Below are positions 23,316 to 33,810 of a stretch of DNA of 64,000 nt, one piece after another. Both the position numbers and the translations under genes were made by a program. Each line of letters begins with the position of its first letter. The first letter of the stretch is position 1. Under the pieces are notes generated by a model. The model did no database searches. It was not told the origin of the DNA and was given only the letters and a program-made list of their open reading frames with translations. This stretch comes from an uncultured delta proteobacterium (lineage in GTDB: Bacteria > Myxococcota > Kuafuiibacteriia > Kuafuiibacteriales > Kuafuiibacteriaceae): the NCBI GenBank assembly GCA_963803435.1, contig CAWDML010000001.1, positions 2,176,001 through 2,240,000 of the forward strand, in the 5' to 3' direction.

Positions 23316-24594
23316 CGCCCTGCCAGACGCCTTCCATCGAGGCGGAGATCAGGGCGCGGAAGCGGCCGTCCCGGATCCCCTGCGGCACCGTGAGGAGCTG
23401 CAGCTCATCGGCGATGCGATCGCCGTCGTAGTCCTTGGCGACGCCGACCTGATCATACTCGAAAGCGTCCCAGCTGACCGTCACCAGTCCGACCTGGTCG
23501 ACGATGTCGTCGATCGCGTTGTCGCACTGGTTCCGGATGATCGGCTCGAGGACGAAGTGCGAGATGCCGAGGTTGGTCTCCGCCCAGGCGGCGGCGTCGT
23601 GCGCCAGACCCGAGCAGTTGATGATCCCGGAGAGGAGGTCGTGAAGGTTGTTGTACTGGCCGCCGCTGGCGAACTGGATGACGGCGTCGACGATCAGAGA
23701 GATCAGGTGGCCCATCTCCACCTCGACGTCCCGGTCGTCGAACATCACGCCGCTGCCCGCCTGGATCGCGTCGAGGGTCCCCGCGAACGGACGCACGTCG
23801 ACCCCCACCTCGAACGGTCCCGCCTGGGCCGGCTGCTGGACGGTCGGGATCACGTAGCGCGCACACTGCGGGAAGTTCGGATCCTGACGGCCGAGCGGAC
23901 ACTGGTCGATGATCATCACGGTGATCGAGGACCACAGCTCGGTGGCGTCGAGATCCACGAACGCATCGCTCATCGTGACCGGCGGGTGCTGGACCAACAT
24001 CATCACGCCCTGCGCCTCCATGCTCTCGCTGAAGGTGGCGATGGTGTTGAGAATGCCGATGACCTGGATGATCTGCGGTGGCACGTACATCATCACGAAG
24101 TTCCGGATCCAGTTGTCGAGCGGAGGGAATCCGGTGCTGATGTTGCCGTTGACCGCATTGTTGATCAGGCTGATCTCGTCTGCGATCCCCGAGATCCCGA
24201 ACAGATAATCGCTGGTGTCGAAGACGTAGTGGGTCTGCCACTGGCCCGAGACGTCGAGGAAGTCCGTCGGCGGCGGACCGGTGTCCGGCATGCCGGCGTC
24301 GATCTCGCCGGAGTCGGGGGCGCCGCTGTCCGCCGCCACTCCGCTGTCCGCCTCGACCACCGGCTCGCCCGAATCGGCCTCTCCGACCGGCAGGGTGGCG
24401 TCGGGAAAGAGGACGCCCGAGTCGAGCTTGGTCCCGCCTTCGCCGCACCGAGTCACGTCGATGCAATCGCTCGGATCGAACCCCGAAACAGGGGTCAGGG
24501 GATCGTCTTCGCAGGCGGCCGCAAAGAGTCCAAACGCGACAGCAATGAGGGGCAAGCGACACATCCCGGATCGAGGGTGAGGCATCACCTCCAC
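23308..24594 (-). CDS. Hypothetical lipoprotein
   Basis: Lipobox LFAAC, DSG-rich linker, globular C-terminal domain. Confidence 0.75.
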   Translation of the reverse strand: MEVMPHPRSGMCRLPLIAVAFGLFAAACEDDPLTPVSGFDPSDCIDVTRCGEGGTKLDSGVLFPDATLPVGEADSGEPVVEADSGVAADSGAPDSGEIDAGMPDTGPPPTDFLDVSGQWQTHYVFDTSDYLFGISGIADEISLINNAVNGNISTGFPPLDNWIRNFVMMYVPPQIIQVIGILNTIATFSESMEAQGVMMLVQHPPVTMSDAFVDLDATELWSSITVMIIDQCPLGRQDPNFPQCARYVIPTVQQPAQAGPFEVGVDVRPFAGTLDAIQAGSGVMFDDRDVEVEMGHLISLIVDAVIQFASGGQYNNLHDLLSGIINCSGLAHDAAAWAETNLGISHFVLEPIIRNQCDNAIDDIVDQVGLVTVSWDAFEYDQVGVAKDYDGDRIADELQLLTVPQGIRDGRFRALISASMEGVWQGVR

Positions 24595-24680
24595 AATTGC
24601 CGTACGACGTTTATACTATCCCACCGGTCCAGACTGGCACTTGGGACCCGCTTACGTTGAGTAGCGCTACGCACTTTGGG

Positions 24681-25556
24681 ATGCGATCCCCCCTTGTTCT
24701 GATCCTGCTTCTCGGCTGCGCCCACGCGTCCGAGGCACCCTTGCCCCTGCCGCCGACACCACCGGGCGAGGTCGACCTCCGCTGGCTGGGAACCGCGGGA
24801 TTCGAGATCCGGAGCCACGCGCACGCGCTCCTCATCGATCCCTACCTGACGAAGGCTCCGCTCACGACGCTGCTGTTCGGCCGGCTCGCGCCTGACACGC
24901 GCGCGCTCGCCGGGCTCGACGCCGACCTGATCCTGATCGGCCACAGCCACTTCGATCACCTCCTCGATGCACCCTCGATCTCTGCACGCACCGGCGCGCC
25001 GATCCTCGGCTCCGCGGACACCTGCCTCGTCGCGACCAGCCTCGATCGCGCGCACTGCCTGGTCGCGCCGGTGAGCCGCCGCTTCAGCTATCGCGGCTTC
25101 GATCTGACCGCGATCCCTGCGTCGCACGGACGGACCTTCTTCGGCGTACCGATCGCGGGCAACAACGATCGCCCCCTCCACGGCGCCCCGCACGCGCTCG
25201 ACCTGAAGTGCGGGCCCGTCTTCATCTGGGTGATGCGCACGGAGGGGATCACGATCGTCGACGTCTCGAGCGCGGGCCTGCCCCACGATCCGCTGGCGCT
25301 CGCCGAGCTGGTACCCGAAGGCGCCGACGTGCTGTTGGTCGCGCTGGCGCTCCGTGAGAATACACCCGGCTACGCGCGCCACCTGATCGACGTCCTGCGC
25401 CCGCGGATCATCGTCCCGCACGACCCCGGGCTCGAGGATGATCCGGAGCCGCTTGCCGCCTTCGCGCGTGAGGAGGGGGCCCGCGTCCGCGTGCTGCGTC
25501 CGTTCGAGACGCTCAGGATAAGAGCGCGGCCAGCTCGCCCAGGACCGCCTCGGTGA
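24681..25556 (+). CDS. MBL-fold metallo-hydrolase, probable lipoprotein
   Basis: WLGTAGF, IDPY, GHSHFDH; LLGC lipobox. Confidence 0.85.
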   Translation: MRSPLVLILLLGCAHASEAPLPLPPTPPGEVDLRWLGTAGFEIRSHAHALLIDPYLTKAPLTTLLFGRLAPDTRALAGLDADLILIGHSHFDHLLDAPSISARTGAPILGSADTCLVATSLDRAHCLVAPVSRRFSYRGFDLTAIPASHGRTFFGVPIAGNNDRPLHGAPHALDLKCGPVFIWVMRTEGITIVDVSSAGLPHDPLALAELVPEGADVLLVALALRENTPGYARHLIDVLRPRIIVPHDPGLEDDPEPLAAFAREEGARVRVLRPFETLRIRARPARPGPPR

Positions 25557-26671
25557 CCTTGGACATCGAGGATGCCTTCGCGTCCCCGACCAGATCGTAG
25601 GTGAGCGTCTCGCCCTTCTTCAGGACGGTCCGCACGGCCTCCTCGACGGCGCCGCCGGCCTTCTCGAGCGCCGCATCGTGCTTGCGGTGCCCCAACCAGC
25701 TGAGGGCCTCGCCGGTGGCGAGGATCATCGCCATCGGGTTCACGCGGTCCTTGCCGGCGTACTTGGGCGCGGATCCGTGGATCGGCTCGAACATCGCGTG
25801 CGCATCGCCGACGTTGCAGCCGACCGCCATGCCCATGCCGCCCTGGAGCACCGAGGCCAGGTCCGTGACGATGTCGCCGAACATGTTGGTGGTGACGACC
25901 ACGTCGTAGTACTCCGGCTGCCCGATCAGCCACTGCGTGAAGGCGTCCACGATCGCGACGTCCTTCTCCACGTCCGGGTACTGCTTCGCCGATCTCCTCG
26001 AAGACCTCGGCGAAGAACCGGCAGCCATAGAGCACGTTGTTCTTCACCACACAGGTCACGCGGCGCTTGCCGTCCTTGGGAGCGCCCTGCCGGCGCATCG
26101 ACTTCTCGAACGCGAGGCGGATGATCCGCTCCGAGGCGCGGCGCGTGATGATGCGGGTGTCGGTCGCGACCTGGGAGACCCCGCCCGGCGACAGCATCCC
26201 TCCGGCGCCGGAGTAGAGGCCTTCGGTGTTCTCGCGGAGGATCACCATGTCGACCTGGCCGGCCTCCCAGACCACCCTGTGCTTGCCACAGATCCGATGC
26301 TTCACGCCCTCGTAGAGGCGGACCGGCCGCACGTTCGCGTAGAGATCGAGCCGCGTGCGGTTGCCGATCACCGGCGACCAGCCCGCCATCTTGCCGTCGG
26401 GCATCGTCACCGGACCATTCCCGGTGGGCGATGGCCAGCCGACGGCCCCGAGGAGGATCACGTCGGCCGCGAGACAGCGGCCCTCGGATCCCTCCGGCCA
26501 ATCTCGGCCGTGCTCGAGGTAGTACTGCCCGCCGCACGGAATCTCTTCGATGGTGAATTCGGTGTTGGTCTGCTTCGCGACGAGGTCGAGCACACGCCGC
26601 GCCTTCTCGGCCACCTCGATGCCCGTGCCGTCCCCCGGCAGAAGAACCCATGTGTACTTGGCCCGCGGCAT
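25513..26671 (-). CDS. Isocitrate/isopropylmalate dehydrogenase family protein (leuB-like); indel near 25990
   Basis: LPGDGTGIEV, RENTEGLY, NMFGDIVTD, FEPIHGSAP, TYDL. Confidence 0.9.
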
Positions 26672-26704
26672 GGCCCGCCTTTTCCCTTCGGGCGCGCGGC
26701 GCGG

Positions 26705-27250
26705 TCAACCGCCTTCGTCTTCGGCGACGGCCGGTGAGAAGCCCGCCTCGGCGGCGTCCGCGAAGATTCCCTCCTCGAAGGCCTGCTCGGTCCGGACCCG
26801 GTACACCGCCTCGATGATCTCCTTGGCCCGCTCGAGGCGCTCCTGGAAGACGGCCGCCTGCTGATCACGGTTCTTCGCCACGATCGCGCGGGCGTACCAG
26901 GGCGGAGACCAGATGTTGGCGTCGATGACGCGCGTGCCGCCGGACTCCGCCTCGAACGTCTGCAGATGACGGCCGCCCTTGACCGGCCAGCTCAGGAACT
27001 CATCCTCGTAGAGCGCATTCTCGATGACCCGGGTGGTGCGAAACCTCAGCGTGAAACCGTGGCGACCCTGACGGAGGCGGATCTCGTACTCGGCCCCCTC
27101 ACAGACGGCAATGCCGTATTCGGGACACCACTCCTGCCGGAGCTCGGCGCTGACGAAGCGGAGGTAGTCGAGCCAGCCGTAAAAACGGAACACCACCACG
27201 GGTGGTGCCTCGATCCTCACTGAGGTCTCGATCCTCACCAGCCGCAGCAA
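26705..27250 (-). CDS. SRPBCC-family protein
   Basis: IETSVRIEAP..VF.F, H..TFEAESGGTRVID. Confidence 0.6.
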   Translation of the reverse strand: MLRLVRIETSVRIEAPPVVVFRFYGWLDYLRFVSAELRQEWCPEYGIAVCEGAEYEIRLRQGRHGFTLRFRTTRVIENALYEDEFLSWPVKGGRHLQTFEAESGGTRVIDANIWSPPWYARAIVAKNRDQQAAVFQERLERAKEIIEAVYRVRTEQAFEEGIFADAAEAGFSPAVAEDEGG

Positions 27251-27262
27251 ACGATAGCACGC

Positions 27263-27652
27263 TCAATCGTTCGGCGCGCCAGCCTCGATCCAGCTGCGCA
27301 CCAGCGCCAAACGCTCCTCGTCGAGCATGTCCCCCTGCGGCATCTGGTCGCCGGTCACGCCCGGCCCCAGGAGCTTGTCCATGAGATAGGAGCCGTCCGG
27401 ATCGCCCGGTTTGACCCTGACCTTGCTGGGATTCTCCATCGACGCGGCGTCGACGATGTGCTCGTACGCCATGACCTGGAGGTTCATGTCCCCGGCCGCC
27501 GACGGTCCCTGGTGGCACGCCGAAAAGACACAGGACAGCGTGAAGACGCGCGTGTTGACCTCGCTGAACGTCGCCGGAGGCGTATCTGCGGGGCCGCAGG
27601 CCAGGACACCGAGCGCGAGGGGGACGAAGAGGAGAGGGCGGAGAGCGGTCAT
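27263..27652 (-). CDS. Putative c-type cytochrome lipoprotein (CX4CH)
   Basis: VLAC lipobox, SCVFSACH, PGDPDGSYL, QMP, WIEAGA. Confidence 0.7.
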   Translation of the reverse strand: MTALRPLLFVPLALGVLACGPADTPPATFSEVNTRVFTLSCVFSACHQGPSAAGDMNLQVMAYEHIVDAASMENPSKVRVKPGDPDGSYLMDKLLGPGVTGDQMPQGDMLDEERLALVRSWIEAGAPND

Positions 27653-27663
27653 CGGGCCCGAAG

Positions 27664-28155
27664 CTAGTTGAAAACGAGATCGAATGTCACGACATGCGGC
27701 GTCTTCTCGCCGTCTTTGATCTCGAAGGGATTGATCGGGAGGGTGACCGGATCCCCGCTGTCGGGGTCGCGGGTGTCCGCGCCGTTCTCGTCGACGTCGT
27801 AGAAGCCGAGGAAGATGTAGCTCCCCACCGGCAGCGGATCGCTGGTCCAGCTGGCGGTGCTGGTATCGGCGGTCCGCAGGTCGACGCCCGTCAGCGCGAT
27901 GCTGGTGTTGAGGTCCTGGGCGCCCTCGATGGGTCCCGTGACCGTCACCTCCTCGGCGATGAAGAGGCTCCCGTAGATGTCGCCGAGGAGCCCGTCCTTC
28001 AGGTTGCGGCTCGAGCGCACCGTGTTGCTCACCGAGAAGCGAAGCTGCACGGTGCCGGTCGGTGTCTCCACCGGATCGGATCCGCAGGCGGCCAGGAGCA
28101 AGGCCGCGAGCGGAAGGCTAGTTCGGATAGCGAGCAATGAACCCTGCCGATCCAT
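27664..28155 (-). CDS. Hypothetical lipoprotein
   Basis: LAAC lipobox; GFYDVDENG..PDSGDP acidic loop. Confidence 0.7.
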   Translation of the reverse strand: MDRQGSLLAIRTSLPLAALLLAACGSDPVETPTGTVQLRFSVSNTVRSSRNLKDGLLGDIYGSLFIAEEVTVTGPIEGAQDLNTSIALTGVDLRTADTSTASWTSDPLPVGSYIFLGFYDVDENGADTRDPDSGDPVTLPINPFEIKDGEKTPHVVTFDLVFN

Positions 28156-29086
28156 CGAGGACCCCGCTTGTATCACACAGCCATGCGTTCTTGGTCCCGC
28201 TCACGTAGCCGAACGCCGCGCACATCTCGTCCGGGAACTGGAGATCGACGTCGTCTGGGTTGTTCCAGTCACAGATCGTGCGGACGATCGTGCCCTTCGC
28301 CAGGTGGAGCGGGTTGTCGCGCAACAGTGTCACCGGAGGCGCATCACGGAAGTCCGCGTACCAAGGATCGACGAGATAGATCGACTCGAGATGATCCGTA
28401 TCGGGCCCGACCATCAGCTCGAAGCGGGTGCCGTACTCGTGGAGGTGACCACCGACAAGGAGCAGGTCGACGTCCTCTTGGCTCGAGCAGTCAAACGCGA
28501 CGTGCTCGGTCTCGCCCGGGTGGACGTCGAAGAGCGCGTCGGTCGTCGCGAACGATCCGACCCAAGTGCTCACGTCCTCGGCCCGGACCATCTCGAGCCG
28601 CGCCACGTCCCGAACCAGGAGTTGCTTGTCGGTCGTGTTCACGTAGTGGAACTGGAGGACGAGCTGGCCGCTCTTGCCCATGAAGACCGCGTGGCCTTCC
28701 GGAAGCTCGGACGGAATCACGAGGGGACGGATGTCCTTCATGCTGGCGTTGTCCGTGCACTCCTCCAACGTCCCGTTCGGCTTGGGCTTCGCGGAGGTGA
28801 GCACGACGATGTGGTGGCCGCCGGCGCCCTGCAGGGTCACCAGGTTCCGTGCGCCCTCGTCCACGTCGAAGGAGTAGTCGAGGTACAAGCAGAACGCCTG
28901 ATCCCCGCCCGCCCGGATCATCACCTCGGGCGTGACGATGTCGAAGTAGCGCGCGTCCGGCTCCGGAATGGCGACCCGGACGTCGCGAACCTCGGGTGCC
29001 GGGGCCTCGCCCGCACCGCACGCGCTTCCCAGCGCGGCCATCGCAGCACCCCACACGACCAGCTTCAGTCTCATGTCACCTCCCAA
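28118..29086 (-). CDS. Copper type II (PHM/DBH-like) monooxygenase-domain lipoprotein
   Basis: GGHH, QFHYVN, GHLHEYG and DEMC give all CuH/CuM ligands; GSAC lipobox. Confidence 0.8.
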   Translation of the reverse strand: MGGDMRLKLVVWGAAMAALGSACGAGEAPAPEVRDVRVAIPEPDARYFDIVTPEVMIRAGGDQAFCLYLDYSFDVDEGARNLVTLQGAGGHHIVVLTSAKPKPNGTLEECTDNASMKDIRPLVIPSELPEGHAVFMGKSGQLVLQFHYVNTTDKQLLVRDVARLEMVRAEDVSTWVGSFATTDALFDVHPGETEHVAFDCSSQEDVDLLLVGGHLHEYGTRFELMVGPDTDHLESIYLVDPWYADFRDAPPVTLLRDNPLHLAKGTIVRTICDWNNPDDVDLQFPDEMCAAFGYVSGTKNAWLCDTSGVLDGSAGFIARYPN

Positions 29087-29165
29087 TCCCGAGTCCCTGC
29101 GCTACCACAAACGGCCGCCCCCGTCCGCCATCCGAGCGACCGGTAGGGATTAGCCCGGTTCCCGC

Positions 29166-30812
29166 TCAACGCGAACGTTCCATCCTTCGAATCGCAACTT
29201 CGAGATCGTCGAGGGCCTCCTCGGAGCGTGCGCGGCTCAGTCTCGCGCTGAGGCGTGTCAACCTGGCTTGCCATTCGATCTCGAAGCTCACCCGGCGGAG
29301 CTCCCGAATTCGTCCGATCATGCGCTTCTTACGGAGCAAAACCTCGGGCGATAGTCCGGCGCGATCGGGAGGAGGCGGACGCACCTTCGTCTCGACCGGT
29401 GGTTCGGGCGGCGGCGGAGGGTCCGGCGGCGGCGGCGGAGGCGTGCGATACGGCGGGGGCGCCACCAGCGGGACCTCGTCTCCCTCCTCGACCGGCTGGG
29501 TGGGACGGACCGCAGGAAGCGCCACCGCGGTGACATCTTCGCGGGACGAGGTCAGCGTCACGACGACCACCGTTCCGATCAAGATGAGGAGCAGGCCGAT
29601 CCCGGCGAACAGCGCGATGCGGACCTCGAGGGGCGCACGCAACAGACCTCGCGGATCGGCGAGCGCGGCCAGCCGCGCCAGCGAAGAGCTCTTGGCGCCG
29701 GCCCGGACGATCTCGAGCTCCTCCGCAGCCGCCGCAGGCGCCTGGTAGAACTGATAGCCCGACGGAACCGACAGCGACTCGCGCCCCGCGAACAGGCGCG
29801 TCATCGGGCGCTTCGCCGGCTCCAGCACCTGCTTCGCCAGCTCCTTCACCTCGTCGAGGGCCCGCTTGTCGCGCGCGATGATGGTGGCGCAGGCCGCGTC
29901 GAGCCAGGCGATGATGTCCGCGCGCGTCATCTTGCGGGCGACCGAGAGCGCCTCCTCCGCGAGGGCACGCTTGAAGAGCCGGGCCGTCGTGGTCCTGCGA
30001 TCCGGATCGGCGTGCATCGCGGCCTTCAGCAGCGTCTCCAGGCGCACGGTGGCGTCCGGCCGATGCACGAGCAGCGGCTCGGGCTGCGCGCCCAGCGCCC
30101 GCTGCAGCCGCGCGGGCACCGAGTCTTCACGGATGCGCTTGCGACCCGCGAGCATCTCCCAGATCGTGACCGCCGAGGCGTAGACGTCGGCACGCCCGTC
30201 GACGACCGCGCCCATCGCCTGCTCCGGTGGCATGTAATCCGGCGACCCGGCGAGGACCTCGTGCGCCGTCTGCCAGTCCGACAGGATCGACTTGCCGAGC
30301 CCCAGATCGATCAACCGCACGCGCCCGTCGAACCCGATCAGCACGTTGCGCGCGCCGACGTCGCGGTGGATGAGTCCGAGCCGTGCCCCCGTCTCCAGGT
30401 GGCGAGCCTCGTGGACCGCCTGCACTCCGCTGATCAGCTCGACCGAGAGGTGCAGCGCGATCCCGAGCGGCACCGGATCGATCAGCGACTCCTCGACCCG
30501 ATCGACGATGCGGCTCCACTGGATCCCGAACACATACTCGGTCGCGAGGAACGGCTCCTTGTCGATGGTGCCCATCGCCACCAGCGCCGCCACGTTCGGA
30601 TGCCGAACGTGCGTGGCCACCTCGGCCTCGTGGACAAAGCGCTTGAAGATCGTCTCCTCACGGATGAGCTCCGGGTGCATCCGCTTCACCACCAGGAGCT
30701 GCTGCGTGTCGGCGTGCAGCGCGAGATAGGCGGAGCCCATGCCGCCCGCCCCCAGCAGCTTCAGGAGGATGAAGGGCCCGAATCGCTCAGGAGAGTTGCC
30801 GAGCGGCTCCAC
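29166..30812 (-). CDS. Ser/Thr protein kinase, membrane-anchored
   Basis: GAGGMG, VVKR, HRDVGARN, DLG, YMPPEQ; TM helix. Confidence 0.92.
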   Translation of the reverse strand: MEPLGNSPERFGPFILLKLLGAGGMGSAYLALHADTQQLLVVKRMHPELIREETIFKRFVHEAEVATHVRHPNVAALVAMGTIDKEPFLATEYVFGIQWSRIVDRVEESLIDPVPLGIALHLSVELISGVQAVHEARHLETGARLGLIHRDVGARNVLIGFDGRVRLIDLGLGKSILSDWQTAHEVLAGSPDYMPPEQAMGAVVDGRADVYASAVTIWEMLAGRKRIREDSVPARLQRALGAQPEPLLVHRPDATVRLETLLKAAMHADPDRRTTTARLFKRALAEEALSVARKMTRADIIAWLDAACATIIARDKRALDEVKELAKQVLEPAKRPMTRLFAGRESLSVPSGYQFYQAPAAAAEELEIVRAGAKSSSLARLAALADPRGLLRAPLEVRIALFAGIGLLLILIGTVVVVTLTSSREDVTAVALPAVRPTQPVEEGDEVPLVAPPPYRTPPPPPPDPPPPPEPPVETKVRPPPPDRAGLSPEVLLRKKRMIGRIRELRRVSFEIEWQARLTRLSARLSRARSEEALDDLEVAIRRMERSR

Positions 30813-30824
30813 TCGGAGACGAGC

Positions 30825-32483
30825 TTACAGTCGCTGTGCGATCAGGGCGACCGGCGCGGCGCCGAACGAGAGCAGCCAGTCGTGGAAGGTCTTGAGGTCC
30901 TGGGTGTTCCGCTTCTCGAAGAACTTCTCTCGCAGATCCATGATCTGGAGCTTGCCCAGCGTATAGCTGAGATAGCCCGGATCGAAGGTCCCACGGTACG
31001 CCTGCTGATGGGCGTTGCCGGGATCGATGAAGCACTGGTTCTTGAACAGATCCTCTGCCTCCGCGACGGTCATGCCCTTTGTGTGGAGGCCGATGGCGGC
31101 GATGAAGCGGCAGTTGCGGAGCAGCGCGTTGGAGAGCTGCCCCAGCTTGAGCGCGGGATCGCGTGCCCCATAGCCCGCGTCGAACATCATCTGCTCGCCG
31201 TAGTGCGCCCATCCCTCCGTGAACGCGTACGAGCCGTAGATCTTGCTCGCGCGCGAAGGAGCGTTCTGCTCGAAGAGCCCGTGGAGGAAGTGCCCCGGGA
31301 AGACCTCGTGGATCGTGGTGGCGAGCAGGTCGCCCTCGAACGGGATGTACTGCGCCTGCACGTCGGCCGGCCAGGTCGGGTCGGGCGGAGAGATGTAATA
31401 GAAGCTCTGCTGCGACTTCTCGAACGGGCCCGCGGGATCCAGGAACGCGGAGTTCCAGCGCATGAACGGCGGCGTCTCCGTCACCGTGCACTTCTGGTCG
31501 GAGGGGATCGTGACGATCTCGTGCTCCCGGATGAAGGCGGCCAGCTCGGTCACCTGCCGGCGCGCGGTCTCGAGCACCTGGTCCGCCGGCACACGCTCGC
31601 CGGACACCCGCGCGAACACCGCCTCGACGCTGGCCTCCGGATCGATCTCCTTCGCCACGGCGACGAAGGCATCGTGGTTCCGCTGGAAGTCCTCGTTCGC
31701 CATGGCCTCGAGCTCGGGCAGCGTCATCTCGATGCCTTCGTTGGCCTTCAACATCGCCAAGAAGTTCTTCTCACCCAGCGCGTAGTCCTCGGTCGCCTGC
31801 GGCGTCCGCTCCGCGATCCAGGCCTCGATGCGATGCATCGACGCGATCGCCGCCGGAATCACCTGGTCGTAGCGCGCCTTCAGCTTGGCGTCGGCGTCGA
31901 GGGCGGGCTTGCTCTGGGTGGCCACGTCGTTCTCGTAGAAGACGATCAGCCCCTTGAAGATCTGCGCCGCCGTCTCCAGGTGCGTGCGCACCTGCTTCGG
32001 AGCGAGCGTCGCCAGCATCACGTCGGTCGCCTGAGCGGCCGCCTCCGCGTGGTCGAGCAGCGACGAGATCCTCTGCGCGAGCGGCGCATAGTCCCGCACC
32101 AGGTACGAGTTCACGTCGAAGAGGCCAGCGTAGCTGAGGATCTTTTTGTGCCGCTCGAGGGTCCCGAGCGCGAAGATCGTCGACTGCGCGTCGAGCCGCG
32201 TGAGCTGGACGTCGAGGCGGATCGGGTCCTCGAGACGGGAGAGATCCACGTCGTCGGTCGCCTCCAGGTAGGCCTTCGCCCGCTCGATCGATCGCACCGC
32301 CGATGCGTCACCCAGCTCGGGGATCTTGCCGTCGTACGCGTGGAGGCCCATCTCGCGAGCGTGACCCGGGTTCTCCGCCAGGCTCCCGTCGACGTACTGC
32401 GCCACCATGGTCTCGACGTTCGTCGATCGGTTCTGAGTCGCGCAGCCCGCGAGCAGGAGCGCGGTGAGGATCGCTCTTCGCAT
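30825..32483 (-). CDS. DUF885 family lipoprotein
   Basis: LAGC lipobox, HEVFPGHFLH, EGWAHYGEQ, YTLGKL. Confidence 0.9.
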   Translation of the reverse strand: MRRAILTALLLAGCATQNRSTNVETMVAQYVDGSLAENPGHAREMGLHAYDGKIPELGDASAVRSIERAKAYLEATDDVDLSRLEDPIRLDVQLTRLDAQSTIFALGTLERHKKILSYAGLFDVNSYLVRDYAPLAQRISSLLDHAEAAAQATDVMLATLAPKQVRTHLETAAQIFKGLIVFYENDVATQSKPALDADAKLKARYDQVIPAAIASMHRIEAWIAERTPQATEDYALGEKNFLAMLKANEGIEMTLPELEAMANEDFQRNHDAFVAVAKEIDPEASVEAVFARVSGERVPADQVLETARRQVTELAAFIREHEIVTIPSDQKCTVTETPPFMRWNSAFLDPAGPFEKSQQSFYYISPPDPTWPADVQAQYIPFEGDLLATTIHEVFPGHFLHGLFEQNAPSRASKIYGSYAFTEGWAHYGEQMMFDAGYGARDPALKLGQLSNALLRNCRFIAAIGLHTKGMTVAEAEDLFKNQCFIDPGNAHQQAYRGTFDPGYLSYTLGKLQIMDLREKFFEKRNTQDLKTFHDWLLSFGAAPVALIAQRL

Positions 32484-32537
32484 CGCCTCCCAGATAGCAC
32501 ATTGCCGCCGCTTCCGGGGTCGCGTACGTTGCTTGGG

Positions 32538-32881
32538 ATGGCCGCGTCCGATCGCCGCCGCTCCCCCCGACATCTGCTGGGCCAATCGGCGGAGATCCAT
32601 CTGGGACCCACCACCGTCCTCGGGATCGTGCAGGACGTCTCGGCCCACGGAATGGGCCTCGTGGTCCAGGGCGACGTCCCCGTCACGGTGGGAGCCCTCA
32701 TCTGGGTGGTCGTGGAGAGCGTCGCGCCCTATGCGATTACCGGGACGATCCGCCGCGTGTCGCGGGCGGGTGAGATCGGCGTCGAGTTCGAGGAGATCCT
32801 GGACGGCGATGCGCTCGACCGGATCGAGAGCCTGCCGCTGGTAGACCCCGAGCAGTACCATCGGATGGAAGATCGCTCGTC

Positions 32882-32885
<4 letters not shown>
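32538..32885 (+). CDS. PilZ domain protein
   Basis: RRRSPR and DVSAHG c-di-GMP motifs; GVEF. Confidence 0.8.
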
Positions 32886-33784
<899 letters not shown>

Positions 33785-33810
33785 GATCCTCCCCCGGTCG
33801 CTCGTGGGGC

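Noticed and set aside
30012-32537. Long antisense ORFs (e.g. 957 aa at 30012, 575 aa at 87, 649 aa at 19100, 646 aa at 12235)
   Set aside because: Shadow ORFs typical of high-GC coding DNA; only the last 115 aa of the 30012 ORF (PilZ) look real.
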